Part shown: piece after piece, positions 49,810 to 63,374 of the stretch | Layout of the letters: every line of letters begins with the position of its first letter | How positions within the stretch are numbered: the stretch's first letter is position 1 | Source: Marsupella aquatica | Lineage: Eukaryota > Plantae > Marchantiophyta | Reading direction: 5' to 3' | Length of the DNA: 64,000 nucleotides | Assembly (NCBI GenBank): GCA_973895155.1 | Contig: OZ316897.1 | Span: forward strand, 124,001 to 188,000 | Translations under genes and position numbers: made by a program | Notes under the pieces: generated by a model | What the model was told of the DNA's origin: nothing | The model's database searches: none | Seen by the model: only the letters and a program-made list of their open reading frames with translations

Positions 49810-52800
49810 CAGGGTTTCTCCTCCTCGCCACCAAGGTCTCTACATGAACCCAAGGAGATCCCCGGTGGCTATCCCGAATCCCGGGCTGTCGCAAGCTAAT
49901 AATGCTTGCAGAATTCACAATCTGCTACAAATTACTCGTCGTAACTTATTATTTAATGTCGCTTTAGTTGCTGGTCGGGGAGCTGTGTGTAGCTGCATGT
50001 TGACGAATCTAATGATCCCTGTTAGGTTCGCGGTACCAATTTTACACGGCCTCTCGCGATGTCCTTTGGGCACAGAATTCCTAGGGAGGCCCTAGCTATA
50101 CTCGATGTTCTTCTATGTTTCAACCCATTAGTGCTGGGCAACAATACTACTCAACTCTTAGTGCCCAAGGAAGCGGGACAGAATCTCTGTTTCAGCCATT
50201 GAAACTGATTCGTCTCCCCATCCTAGTTCTATTTCTGCTCAATTCTTGGGTGACGTCTCCTGCTGCCCGCAATTATGTGCATTTGCCTCTATTTTCAGAC
50301 ATGTCAAACTTTGAAGGATGTCTCCGGTTACGAGCTTCTTTTATTGCCCATCACAACGTCGATCAATTTTGTTCCACTTGCTTCAATTTCTTGTTCTGAA
50401 AGAATTGTCGAGCCTGCCCAATTTGCAACTTACATGCTCTGCATATGAATATCACTTGTTCACAAGTTCTTCTTTGGAGATATGTCGTCAATTTTTTGTT
50501 TGGTATGCAGGACAGTTCCGTTGGAAAGGGTTTTTTCTTGGAGGGCGACAATAAACAAGAGCACTTGCGGCAAACTTTCTTGGAGGGCGATAATAAACAA
50601 AAGCACTTGCGGCAAACTTTTTCAGAGGGCAATGTGCAGGTATGGTGGTGGGTGCTTTGGGATTTGAAATTCTCATACTTTTTCCTCTCAAAACTTGTAG
50701 TTTTGATTCTCAAGTTTTGATGGCAAAGCTGAGATAATTCTTAGAAGAGTACAGCACTTCGTAGTTCTAAATTCTTAATGAAGGAGGACGTGATCCTGGA
50801 GAAGAGACTGCTACTGCTACGCTTCGAGGGGTTCCTCCAAGTGCTAAGCTGAGCTGAGATTCCTCTGCCCGGGCAACGTTTCCCCAACAGAGCCTTCGCG
50901 TAGTGAATTTTCTTTCCTTAGTCCAAGGGGACGGAAAGATGAGATTTGAAATTTGAGGGCTCTGCAAGATTGCACTACTTAGACTGATTTGAACGTTTGT
51001 CAAACAGGGTAAGATCATATTTCTCACAACTGTACCATTAAGCTCTCTCTTCCCGGCACGGGAAAGGATCTGACTCGATGGAAATTTTGGATATGGACCA
51101 CTTTAGGCTACACTCCACAGCCAGGTATGATTAATTTTGTATGCATGTCAATTGTTGGATTATGATGTGATCAAACGGCCTTGGATGCATTCTCAACAAA
51201 GACGTTTGATTTGCAGAGTTCGTCCTTCATCCTCCGGTTTGATTGGTACGGGTATCAGCCATTGTTCTTGTACAAGGCCTTCAGGTATTGAGACTGAAGA
51301 GCGACTTCAACGTTATGCGTACCTACTTTTAAACAGAAATTCTTGTTCCAGCACCACGGTGACATTTATAGTTCCTGCTATGAGGCTTATGTGATGAAGA
51401 CTTGAATGGAACTTCTGGTTTGATTCTTGTCGCTGTCACATTCATGTCATATGTCATATTTGTCTCTCGACGGATTCTATAAGAGCCAAATTAAAGAATG
51501 CTGGATAGACTTTGTTTCTGAACTGTAGGAGGGGGAGGGATAGCGCTTTCACATTCATGTCATCTGTGTCTAATTACAGTGGATTCTCGATAGCCAATCT
51601 ATAGGTGGCTGGGTAGGGTTTATTTGTGCATTATCTAAACTTTTCAAAAACCTGAGATTCTTGTTGTGTGTAGCATAGAAAGGACAGTGGAGGGAACGTA
51701 CAAATGAACGCCTGTCAAGGTGCCCTAAGAGTCCTATCTTATGCAAAACCCAAGGATAACATGTGACTGCTGCCTGAAGTTTTTTAGTGCCAATTCGATA
51801 GGCTCTTGACTCTGTCCTTTCTATGGTTACAGTGAAATACGGGAGTATGAACGAGGTTATTGATACTTCAGCTACCTGGATATGCCTTCCACCATTATTT
51901 TAGTTTTCTATTCTAAGATCATTGTATTCTTGACAGATAGCCGTTACTCTCATTTGAAAAGGAGTCATATAACTTTTGCAAGTTATTGTTACCAAAGTTC
52001 ACAGCAGATCAAGGGAGACAAGAATATACATACATGGACGGAGGTAGGAATGCACCCTACAACTTCAGAGACTTACCTGTCTGCTATCTACATCCGAACA
52101 TTCAATGTAGAAAGATGGTTGGGAAACATAGTCCTCTAGAAATAACTTCAAATGCATTGCACCTCGTGGAATCTCCTGGATTTTATCCGGGTACCAGATC
52201 TGATCGTGGGTTGTGGTGCTGACAGAGGAAGCCCAGAGCACTTGAGTTCAATCATAAGATGACAAGGAAAATACTTTGGGTGGATGGATGGTCAACTCCA
52301 GCATGGGTTAAGCCAAGGGCGAATTTCATTACTAACTGCAGATTTCAATCTCATGTTAGTTATGGCACGAGAGATCGGTCTCAAGTCACTGCAAATGGGA
52401 ATGGCAGTAGGCAGATACATGAAACAATTGCTGTTTTGAAAGATCGTCTACAGCGAGGCATTCCTATAGACTTGTCCACATATGTTAAAGGTCTACACAT
52501 GTGCTCGCAACGGAAAGACCTTTCAGCAGCCAAGCAAATTCATGATTGCATCATCAAGAGTGGAATTCATAGACATCGATATGTGGCAAACACGCTCTTG
52601 AATGTGTATATCAAATGCGGAGGATTGTTAGATGCACGTCGAGTTTTTGATCAACTTGAGAAGAAGAGTGTTAGTACTTGGAACGCCATGATAGCAGGAT
52701 ATGCTAACAGTAATCATCCTGAATGCGCATCGGACCTTTTTAATCAAATGCGCCAAGAAGGCGTGCGGCCTAATGAGATAACATATCTGAGCATGCTGAA

Positions 52801-55800
52801 AGGATGTGCCACCCCATTAGCTCTAACACGCGGAAAAGAAATTCATCAGCGTATTCTATATGCCGGCTTTGAATCAGACGTGCGTGTAGGGACTGCCCTC
52901 CTACGGATGTACGCAAAATGTGGGTGCATCACTGAGGCAAGGATAGTTTTTGAAAAGTTGACCAATCGAGATGTCATTACATGGAATGTTATGATTGGAG
53001 CATATGCAGTACGTGGTGATCGTGTGGAAGCATATGAACTGTTTCTCCAAATGAGACGTGAAGGCTTCGAACCAGATGAATTCACTTATGTGAGTATTCT
53101 CAATGCGTCTGCAAGTGTCGAGCCTTTGGAGTGGGTGAAGGAAGTTCATGGCCACGCTAGCAAAGCCGGACTGGAGTCGAGTTTGCGTGTGGGCAGTGCA
53201 CTCATCCACATGTATGCACAGGGTGGCAGTGTAGATGACGCCCGACGAGTTTTTGATAGAATGGAGAAGCGCGACGTAGTCACATGGAATTTAATGATCG
53301 GTGGACTTGCACAGCATGGATGTGGGCATGAAGCATATCGACTGTTTCTGGAAATGAGGCGTGAAGGCATCGAACCAAATGCATTCACCTATGCGAGCAT
53401 CCTGAATGCATCTGCAAGTGAGGGGGCTTTGGAATGGGTGAAGGAAATTCATGGCCATGCTAGCAAAGCGGGACTGGACTCAGATTTGCGTGTGGGCATT
53501 GCACTCGTTCACATGTATGCGAAGACTGGGAGTATAGATAATGCCCGACTGGTGTTTGACAGAATGCAGAAACGCGATGTAGTCACATGGAATGTAATGA
53601 TAGGAGGACTTGCACAACATGGATGTGGGCATGAAGCATATCGGTTGCTTCTCCAAATGAGACGGGAAGGCTTTGAACCAGATGCATTCACTTATGCGAG
53701 TATTCTGAATGCATCTGCAAGTGCGGGGGCTTTGGAGTGGGTGAAGGAGGTTCATGGCCATGCTAGCAAAGCGGGACTGGACTCAGATTTGCGTGTGGGC
53801 AGTGCACTGGTTCACATGTATGCAGAGAGTGGCAGTATAGCTGACGCCCGACTTGTTTTTAACAGAATGGAGAAACGCGATGTAGTCACATGGAACATAA
53901 TGATCGGTGGACTTGCACAACACGGATATGGGCAGGAAGCCCTGGAACTTTTCAGACAAATGAATGCAGACCATGTGACGCCCATCGAGACGTCATTCAC
54001 AGCTGTGTTGTCAGCCTGTTCTCATGGAGGCCTTGTTGATGATGGCCGTAGAATCTTTTCTGCTATGACGCAAGATTATGGTATCGAGCGTACTGTTATT
54101 CACTATACCCTCATGGTGGATATTCTTGGGCGGGCGGGACACATGGAGGAAGCGAAGCAGCTCATCAGTGAGATGCCGATCGAACCAGATGATGTAACTT
54201 GGACAGCCTTGCTTGGGGCTTGTAGAACTTACGGTAACGTGGAGCTGGGCGAACTGGCCGCTAACGAGCTTTTCAAGTTGGAACCCGGTAAGGCCTCTAC
54301 ATATGTGCTGCTCTCCAATATCTATGCTGCGGCTGGGAAGTGGGAGAAGGTGTCATCTGTGCGGACTATGATGCAAGAGAGAGGTGTTCGGAAGGAGCCA
54401 GGGCGTAGCTGGATTGAAGTTGATAACAAGATTCATGAATTTGTTGTGGGGGATACATCTCACCCAGAAGCGAAGGTGATATATACTGAGCTGAATAAAT
54501 TGAGTGAAAAACTTAAGGCTGAAGGCTACATTCCCGATACCGGGCTTGTGTTGCATGATATCAATGAGGAGGATAAAGAGCTAGCTCTTTGCTCTCATAG
54601 TGAGAAGTTGGCTATTGTTTACGGACTTATGCACCTACCTTGGGGGGAACCTATTCGTGTAAGTAAGAACCTTCGGGTGTGTTCGGATTGCCACTCAGCA
54701 ACCAAGTATATTTCTAAGGTGACCGGACGCGAGATTATTGCGAGGGATGCAAATCGGTTCCACCATTTTAAAGATGGAATGTGTTCTTGTGGTGATTACT
54801 GGTGAACCCAGATTGAAAGCTGTGTTGGGCTGGCTGGAAAGTGATTCTAAAGCAGTACTCACTGGCAGCGCAGATACAATCAGGTTTTCGTTGATGCAAT
54901 CCTGTAACATTGATTTTGAGATTCTGCAACTTTGGGGTTGTAACTAGCCCTCTTCTAGCTGAAAGAAAATTTCATGTAAGAGAAATGTTTCGCGAGTTTA
55001 GTTTTGAAGTTGAAATCATAGATGCGTGAAATAAAGCTCTTGGCTTGATCTGTAGAAAGTTCTTTTGATATCTTCGGCAAATTTTGTCTTTAGATGAGAA
55101 GAAGGGTTTGCATACAGTAGCTGTGCCTTGCCGTGAACATGGCACAGGAAGGGAACTCGTTTGCTGCCAGGAGACGGTAAAATGAAGGGCAAATAGATAA
55201 AATTCGCCGATGGCAACCTCCACCAGGATAGAAATTTAAGCAATCAGTTCCAGAGTTCATTAACTTGCAGAGGAAGCCTTACGCTCCCAGATTCCAGATT
55301 CTATACAGCTTAATGATGTAGGTTGAAGGTTAGACATTTCTTTTCTAGTAAGGGGGCCGTGTTCTTCTGCTTCAAAGCGAGTTGACAGTCTGAATTTAAC
55401 CAAAAACCATATCCATTTGCAACTCAACTGTCTGAGCTTCGCAGATTCGTAGATAAGGTCGTGAAACGTGCTAAAATTCTTTTTAACTACTCCAGGTTTA
55501 AGTTCTCAAATTACGCGAGAATGGGAATGATGCTCTGTACGCTGCTATCCTCAAGGACTAGCGGACAAGGCAGGAACGTGGACCGTATTTGCAGTCGAAA
55601 CTTAGCTACGTTGGTGGTATGATTGAATTCCGAAAGCTCTTAGACAGTGCCACGTGAACGCAGAAGAGAGCATAGTTCTGCAAAGGAGTAGTGGATTAGC
55701 ATGTTCTGTTGCTTCGGCTGGGCCGATACCGACTTCAAGAAAATAGATTCATCTCTAGAAGGACTTGATAGAGATTAATCTGCTCTCTTCCTTTTGGTTT

Positions 55801-56691
55801 GAATTTGCTTGGGTGAGAATGCTGTTGACGAAGTCTGGTGGAAGGACACCACTGAACTGACCTAGCAACCTTCAGGCTCGCCCACATCATTCTGCCTTCA
55901 CTATGGTCATTGTAGCGTGAGAGGAAACAATAAAAAAATTCCTCATGCGAGCAAACTTTTTAGTTGCATCAACCCAATTCTTCCACCCACAAGTGCCTTG
56001 CTAACTTATAGTCCGCTTATATCTAGAGGATGGGGATATCCAGCATAGTTGTGCCCAAAAAAGTTTGATTAGTGTTCTGGAGAGGCACTTGAGAAATTCA
56101 AAAATGATCGCCGACCAGAAGAAGGAAGATAACCAAGAGGTCGGGTCAGATTATGAGTTTTCATTTGTTGGTGGAAGTGCCACCGGACCTTCAAACGACA
56201 GGGATGAATTTGACCTGGAGTGAAGTACTTGGCCTCTATTGATGTGGGACTCCCATTTTGGTGTTTTTAATTTCTTTCTATAATTTTCGGGCAAGTCTTC
56301 TTAATCTGATGCTGGTGATTGCTTCACTGATATGAGGGTGGCTTGATTTTCTGAGAGATTTCATCTTCGGAAGGAAATGTAGGAATCTTTATTGGTGACT
56401 CTAGAGACGGCCTTCACTCTTCCTTGCTATGCTGAAAAGTCTGCAAAAGAGGTTGACGATGTACTAATGACTTTGAGTTGGAGGGGAAAGGTCCCGGTTG
56501 GCTGGGGAGTCTGGAAAAATCTATACTGTCTGAGGTTTATATAGCCTTTTGTGAGGCCTGGCGCATGGAAAGCCTTTCTACCAGTAGTGGTCCAAAAAAG
56601 ACCAGTCCGCCATGAAATTACAAGGGAACCATAATGCTAAGGAAATTGATATAGTCTTTCCAGAGGCCCCCTATGTAAAAGACCTGCCCAC
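49810..56691 (+). repeat. Segmental duplication unit C
   Basis: Colinear with unit A from TCCTCCTCGCCACCAAGGT to AAAAGACCTxCCCAC, where a new element begins. Confidence 0.9.
51882..54805 (+). CDS. PLS-class PPR-E1-E2-DYW protein C (17 PPRs); exons 51882-52043 and 52226-54805, ~913 aa
   Basis: Same architecture, intact DYW motifs, conserved phase-0 intron. Confidence 0.93.
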
Positions 56692-57823
56692 CATGAGAAT
56701 ACAAAATGAGAATACAAAGGAACCGTTAAGTGTCGTGGGGTGATTTTTATCGTGCTTGGCCTCTCAGATCTTGCCACATAGGTGACTTTATATTTCATAA
56801 ATTTACACCCTTTTTGGAGCGTATTTGTATGCCAGTCAGTTTATGAAATCCAGCTGGAAAATTTTGAAAATGAAAGAATTTAAAAGGAGAAATCTTGCGG
56901 TGGGGATGAAACTTTATTAACATCAGTAAATCAAAATTACAATTGAATGACTCATGAGAGCCTAAATGAATAATAAGAATGTATGTGTAAGGTGAGCGCG
57001 ATGGAATCTGTAAAATTGTCTAGGCTTAACTGCATAGCCCCCAATGTCCAATACTCTATCATCTACTCAGTCTACGTTGCCTCACAGGCTACTAAAACAA
57101 TCGCTGTCTATGTTGCCTCACGGGATACTAGAACACCCCAAGCCTGGTTGGCTAGGTGAGGGGGTCGTGTACTTCATCAGTTATCAGTGAGTTTCATCGG
57201 TGACTGATATCAGTCCAACACCGGAACTCAGCGAATCAGCTGAGATGAATTCTTTTGGGGCACAACCCAATCCACAACCCAATCACAGTCCGCGCCATTG
57301 TCGGCGCCTCTTTGAGGTTGGATCGGGTACTTTACTTCGACCATTGCTTATGTCGGTTGCCTCTCTGACATTAAAGGAGAATATAAAGTTTCAATCTTGG
57401 CGGCCTCTCTGAGATTTCCTCGAAGTTCAGTTGAATCTCAGCGAGCCCCGCCGAGATTCAACTGAAATTCGAGGAAAAAGAAATGGTTTTGACTAGCAGA
57501 TCAGCAAAAAAAAAACTTCTCACACAGGGTCTTCGATATATCATGGGGTGTTGCTACTAAATCTCAAAAAGGATCCATACAACACATCGTACAACAGAGT
57601 CCATACAACACGTCCCTTTCAAAGACTCATCTCAAAGACCCTCGCCGACTTATCCAGGAGAGCTCGGCATGACATTGAAAACAACACGGGGTCGAGCATT
57701 GAAAGTACAGGACCAGAACATAACCTTTGGAGGAAATTTTTATTTTACTTCGTATACAACATGTTGCTCTGTTGTGAAATATTCACAAATTGAATTCACA
57801 AAGGCAATCCATTGATCCTCTAT

Positions 57824-58544
57824 CTACAAACTGATTGTCTGGCAGATTAGGTCTACAATAATCTTTTGTCGTATAAGCAGTAAATGTTTAGGGTCAACCG
57901 CCAATACGGAGCCTCTAGAAAGACGCTCCATGTACATTATGACATATACTCCACAATTGTAACTATTGGGTTGGGCTAGAATATCGTCGCGGACGATGCG
58001 TTGCCATTGTAATGGCGATAAGTGGGGACAACTGCGCAAGCAGGACAGGTCATGGAGAAACCGACCGACATTCACCAAATCGCCGCATTCCGATTCTTCG
58101 CCTCCAATGGGATCGAGCAAATGTAGTTGCTGCAAAGTAAAATCGACCACAACTAGTACCCAATGGCCTGTGGATGGGGATTAGAATGAGGTCAAATGAA
58201 AAGACGTCAATGCCCTTCACAAATGCCAACGCTGCGTTGAAGCTGTACGCAGGATGCGTCAAGACATTGTAAAAATGTGTGGGCAAAAGCATGCATTTGG
58301 GTTTTGCCACCTATGCTCTACGCTCCAATAGAGGAATGTAAGCATTGATGATGTCGCAAGTGAGCCATTTTTTTGCCCTCAAGCATTTGCAATCTTTTCT
58401 CTTCAATTTTAAGTTGCCGAGGCTGACTAGGACTTCATCTTGGTCCCTGTTGGGGTCCAATGCTTCTTTGACTATGGTCGCAAGTATGGCGGGTAGATGT
58501 CGTTGTGCAGGCACCGCTGATTTGGTCATTGGTGCACAGGCCAC
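57824..58544 (-). pseudogene. Ulp1/C48 SUMO protease-like remnant
   Basis: KWLTCDIINAY, THFY, LILIPIH..HW (frameshifted), LLDP, QPNSYNCGVYV give the His-Asp-Cys triad and oxyanion Gln. Confidence 0.88.
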
Positions 58545-58689
58545 CCCTGATTGACTCCTTGTTGGGCAGTCACTGCCTCGTCGACTGGTTGTTGTGGCTC
58601 AGTTTGCTTGAGCTGCTGTGATGCCTAGCCAGGATTTGAGACGGGAGCAAACATTGGCCCAAAGCTGAACAACAATAGTCACTCGTACA

Positions 58690-61659
58690 AGATCCAAAGC
58701 GTCAAGTGTTTGGGTTCTTTGCGATGTCTGCATGAGGATTGTGAAAAGTTTCAACAGCGACAAGAGCACAATTTTGCAAAGTGGACACGAGATCAAGCAG
58801 GCACAAATGAGCTACCTTTCCCTATTGGATGCGATGTTCCCCCGTTGAGAGTAATTTGTACGTACTGCAAGAGGCCTCCTAGGTGTATAGCTCGATGCCC
58901 AAGTGAGATGTACTATTAATATCACTCCAACCAAGGATGACATGAATTATTGTCACAAGTCTCGTGTTGCGATGCATATAGGAAATCGCACCCGTCCTGC
59001 AATGTTCACACATAACGAGGATCAACGATCAGTTGTGCGCAATCTTGTGGAAGTGGAGCTGAAGAGGAGTCCGATTGCTATGCCGTTTGTTATCAAGGGC
59101 GAGGCAATACAGAAACTTAAAGATATCCTTGAAGACCCAGTGGCTGAAATGGTGACATCTGAGGAGGCAAGAGACCTTAATGAAATGTTGTCCATCCTTG
59201 GTGATGAATCCATTTTTTGCTCTATGATCAGGAGCATCAAGAAGTACAGTTATGTGTCGTCTGATCTTAACATGATACTGGAGATGCGGAAGGTGAATGC
59301 CTTTCCGTTTATCCAAAGTGTTTTGTTCCCATCCCAGAACGTGGGAACAGACGAGCAACCGCACATTTTTAAAATGAGTACAGAAGGTCCTGGTTCCGGG
59401 GTGGACCTTGTTCGAAGAATGCAACCAGACGGGGATCTCGAGCATTCATGGGTGATGTCTGATGTGATGCATCGTATACTTGACAACAAATGGTGCACCA
59501 TGTCAGCACACGTGTATGACCATTTCTATCAGGGCCTGTGCACAATCTTTGTTTGTGAGTTGGTTTCAGAAGATAGTGCGGCATTACAAACTGCATGGAA
59601 GGTCATGAGGAGGGTGTGTGGAGAACATGGGCTGAAGAATGTTGAATTTTGTGGCTTTATGGCTGATAATGCTGCTGCTGGGTGGAATGCAATCCGCAAT
59701 GAATTTTGGGATGGAAAGGTAAATACTCATAGAGAGAGGTTTGATGCGTTTCACTGGGCCCAATCAGTGGAGAGGGTGCAAAAGCACATTGTCCCACAGA
59801 AGAGTTGAGCATAAGGAAATTCTAGATTTGCTTCGACACGCCGGCAACATAGTTCTTGCATTTTGAGTTTTTGAGAAGCTTAAGACGTGGTGGAGCAAGG
59901 GCAACGCGCTACTCGGAAAAGCGAAGGAGCTCACAACGTGGATGTCTTGGTGGATTGTTTGGTTTTCTCAATGGGGAAATTTTTTGAGACTCGTAAGTGT
60001 CTAACGCTTTTCCTCTATATGCATGAAATCCATCAAATCTTGGCAAAGCTCGCTGACATGGGGTCAGTTGAAGGGATGTTCAATTGGACGACCTCTATCT
60101 ATAACGCTTTCTGTCAAATATTGGCACAGGTCGCCAAGATATGTTTCCAATTGTATTGACATTCTTCTTGGAAATTGTAGGAGATGGACAGAGAAAAGGT
60201 TGCACTGATGCCTAACCACAGCGGGGCAGAGTCGGTGCATGCGGTCATGCGGAAATGGTCCTCTAATAGAAAGGTTGGGTTAGTACAGTCCTGTAACTTA
60301 GATGCAACTCGAGCATTGAGCCAGGTTGCATCTTTGGAGCACTACCAACACAGTGGGAGGAAATGGTGGGGACCGAGCCTATTTGAACTGTGACTTTGAG
60401 ACGCTACTGCTGTTGGGAATGTGGAATCTTTCTTTTCAAAATTGAACACAGTTACAACTCAACCAGAATTGCGTAAGTTCTCGTCGACAGACCCACTTAG
60501 CGGAGATGTAGAAACAGTTTCTATGAAGCACGGGAAGGCCATTTTTGGCGCTCATGTGGTAGTAGAAGATTCACACAGGCCTGACATTTTTCTGGTAACG
60601 AGACCAAAGAAGAAGAAGTTCAAGGGGGTTGCAAACAGGGATGCAACCTTAAAAAGCACAGATCCTGAAGTTGTGGATCTGTCTTCCGATGGCGGTAGTG
60701 GCTCGGACGAGCCTGAAGTTGTCATTGTGGAACCTCTCCAACGGATGACAAGGTCAACCCCACGTCCGGAGCCCGTCAGAAGACATGTTTAGGAAACTGA
60801 TTTGGTGCCAGGGACGTTATTTTTGGCCCTCATCTCAACATGTGGTAAGAGTCCCGGTTGTAGAGGTGCGTTCAAAGGCAAGGAACGGGAGTATGTGCTT
60901 GATTTATTAGAGAGGCAGGATTGAAAGTGAGCGGATTGGGTGTTGTTGGTATTTGTTGGCTGGCGGGGAGTAAATTTAATGAACCAGGTGTTCCATATTC
61001 GTATTGGTTTTGCCCGAACAACCAGTGTTGCACAAAATCCTCTTTGCCTTTCATTATCGGCGTGCTACCACCACTAGCTTCAAAGTTTCCGGTCTCTCGT
61101 GGTACTAATCTTACAGAAGCAGAGGTTATTTTCCTGCACAACAATGGTGTGGATGTCATTTCTGGTGGCGATGTTATGAATGAGGTAGTGAGTGTTGGCG
61201 ACATCATCATGGATTTGAACACATACCCAGGAGCGGCCAGATCCTACAAGACTTGACGATCGTGGTACTCGCCGCAATGGCCAGGCAAGGCAAAGGAGGT
61301 CAGACCCCCCCAAGGATGCATTACCACGTATCCAAAATGCTAAGACCAAGGCCATTGTGTGCACGTCAATGAGGAGAATTGAAACAGGGAATGCTACCGG
61401 CATAAGGCTCATGGTGAACAACACTAGCAGGGGGCAAACTTCAGTACATTGCGTCTAGATTTGTGTCTTCCCAAGTTGCTCTTGCAAGGATTTCTTGTAT
61501 AGGGAGTCAATGGGAAGAGCCTACTTCCCGTGCAAGCACTTGTATTGGTGCTTTGCAAACATCTGTAAAAGGGACATTGACACGGATCAATGTGTAAACC
61601 AACCTATCTTGACTCTAACTGAGGTCCGCGGCCTTGTAGCAAATGCCAATATCGTCTAA
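58690..61659 (+). pseudogene. MULE-type transposase remnant with C-terminal SWIM zinc finger
   Basis: VMSDVMHRI...GFMADNAAAGWNAIRNEF...DAFHWAQS core; SWIM CSCKDF...PCKHLYW at 61477-61548; multiple stops and frameshifts. Confidence 0.75.
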
Positions 61660-62447
61660 CATTGTATGTCGGCGACGAGGTATTCTATTGTGCGAGCAAA
61701 CAGGAGTTTTGCTAGCGAGGACAGCAGGCTAGCAAGGCAAGTTTGTGCATAACTTCAGGGTAGTTTAGGCGGATTCCCAAGTAAGATTGTTGATATATAT
61801 TGTGAAACAGTTACGGAAAACAAAAATGCAGATACTTAAATATTCACAAATGCAAAAATTGAGATCTTCACTACACTGAACTGAATGAAAAGGCATATCA
61901 CTATGAACAAAACCAGGTCAAAAAACCTTTCACAATCCATCTTTAATAAAACTTTGGTATGACAAATATCTTCTGGAATGAGATTGCATCTGAAATTGAC
62001 CATGAGTCATTGAGAATCCTTTGATTCCAAATCATCTGAGGAATTACTAGGATCGCTACTCGACTCCCTATCAGTCTCCTCAGCCAAATCGTCAACATAC
62101 TGTGCTACAGTCCTAGCCTCATCATCTATGAATTGAGGGCAGTAAAGGGCTTTCCGAACACCCCTCACTGACCGCAGACCTTTCCCCTCCCAAGTCAAAA
62201 CGACGGGCGCTTCATCAACCTCCTTTGCAGTCCTTTCAGCATAGCATTGAAGCGCAAATCCCTTCTCAGGGGTCACAAGAAAATGATCCTCGATTTCTTT
62301 CTGAAGACGGAATCTCTCCTCCGAAAACCAATCCGAACGCCTATCATTGAAGAAATCACCAGAATCGGATCAATACTACACATCCAAAAATTCTACAAAC
62401 AAAAGAAAAACACCAAATAGGGAGTTCTACATCAAAGGCCAAGTGCT

Positions 62448-63374
62448 TTACTCCAGGTCAAATTCATCCTTCTCGTCTGAAGGTCCTCCCTGATCATCTC
62501 CTGGGATGGTGAACTCATCATCCGACCCTTCATCATTGGGATCATCGTTCTTCGCGGCCCCTTTCAACTTTTGGGCATGTCTATCCAACACATTTGCCAA
62601 AGTTTTGTGCGCACACAGATGAAGAATGTCTCGATCTTCAACACCCACAACAAATCTCCCAGCGTATTCCCTAGCGGCAAAAGCACTTCCATCTCCAACA
62701 GTCCAGTCAATGACAATGTCCTTTGGCAAAGTAAGGATCTCCATTACGGCTTGCATGAACCCAACTGACAATCTATTGGAACCTGCAAAAGCCGCCTTGG
62801 GACTGGGATCAAGTTTTGGGTAGCAAACACTCAACATCGATTTATGGCGGGCATCCTCCCAGGAAGTCATTGGAACGTATCCTGTATGTTTTGGGACTTT
62901 TGCCGAGAATTCCACCTTGCAGAAGACATCCATAATGAGAGTAACCACCTGAATTGAAAACGAGAATATGTAAGAAATGGGCACTTTTGGTTAGCGAGCT
63001 CGCTAGCAAAAATTGCACAAAAAATATTGAGGATATCTTACCTCGATGTCCATATCTGCCTGATACAAAGGAGGTGAAAGCAAAACCGAATACTGCCGGA
63101 CATGTTTAAATTTGTTCTTCTGCTCGACGGCAGAAAAAATTTGCCTCATATGGTTATAGTCATCGTCGGCAAGCATCGGACGCATGACTCCAAAGAAATA
63201 ATATGGTAATTTCTCACTCCAAACATTCCACTTCGGGACCTCCCGGTCTGTGATGCCCGTTCGATGACCCGTGGGAAGGAATATGAAACCCAAGTGAGCA
63301 CCAATTCCAGCGTAATGTTTTCCGTTGATCATCACGGCGTTTGGGTGTTCGCTCGATTTGCTCATTCCAGACAA
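62448..63374 (-). CDS. Degenerate beta-class N4/N6 DNA methyltransferase-like domain (two exons of a longer gene extending upstream)
   Basis: AHLGFIFLPTG...KWN at the motif IV position; RLSVGFMQAVMEILTLPKDIVIDWTVGDGSAFAAREYAGRFVVGVED matches motifs X-I-II (xxPGDxVLDPFxGSGTTxxAAxxxGRxxIGxE). Intron ~63040-62949 (GAG|GTAAGA...TTCAG). Confidence 0.65.

Noticed and set aside
49799-50095. 98-aa ORF at the start of unit C as a possible extra coding exon
   Set aside because: The homologous sequence in unit A is frameshifted, so it is probably non-coding.
50534-50620. 42-bp tandem duplication in the unit C upstream region
   Set aside because: Real but an ordinary local slippage event in non-coding sequence.
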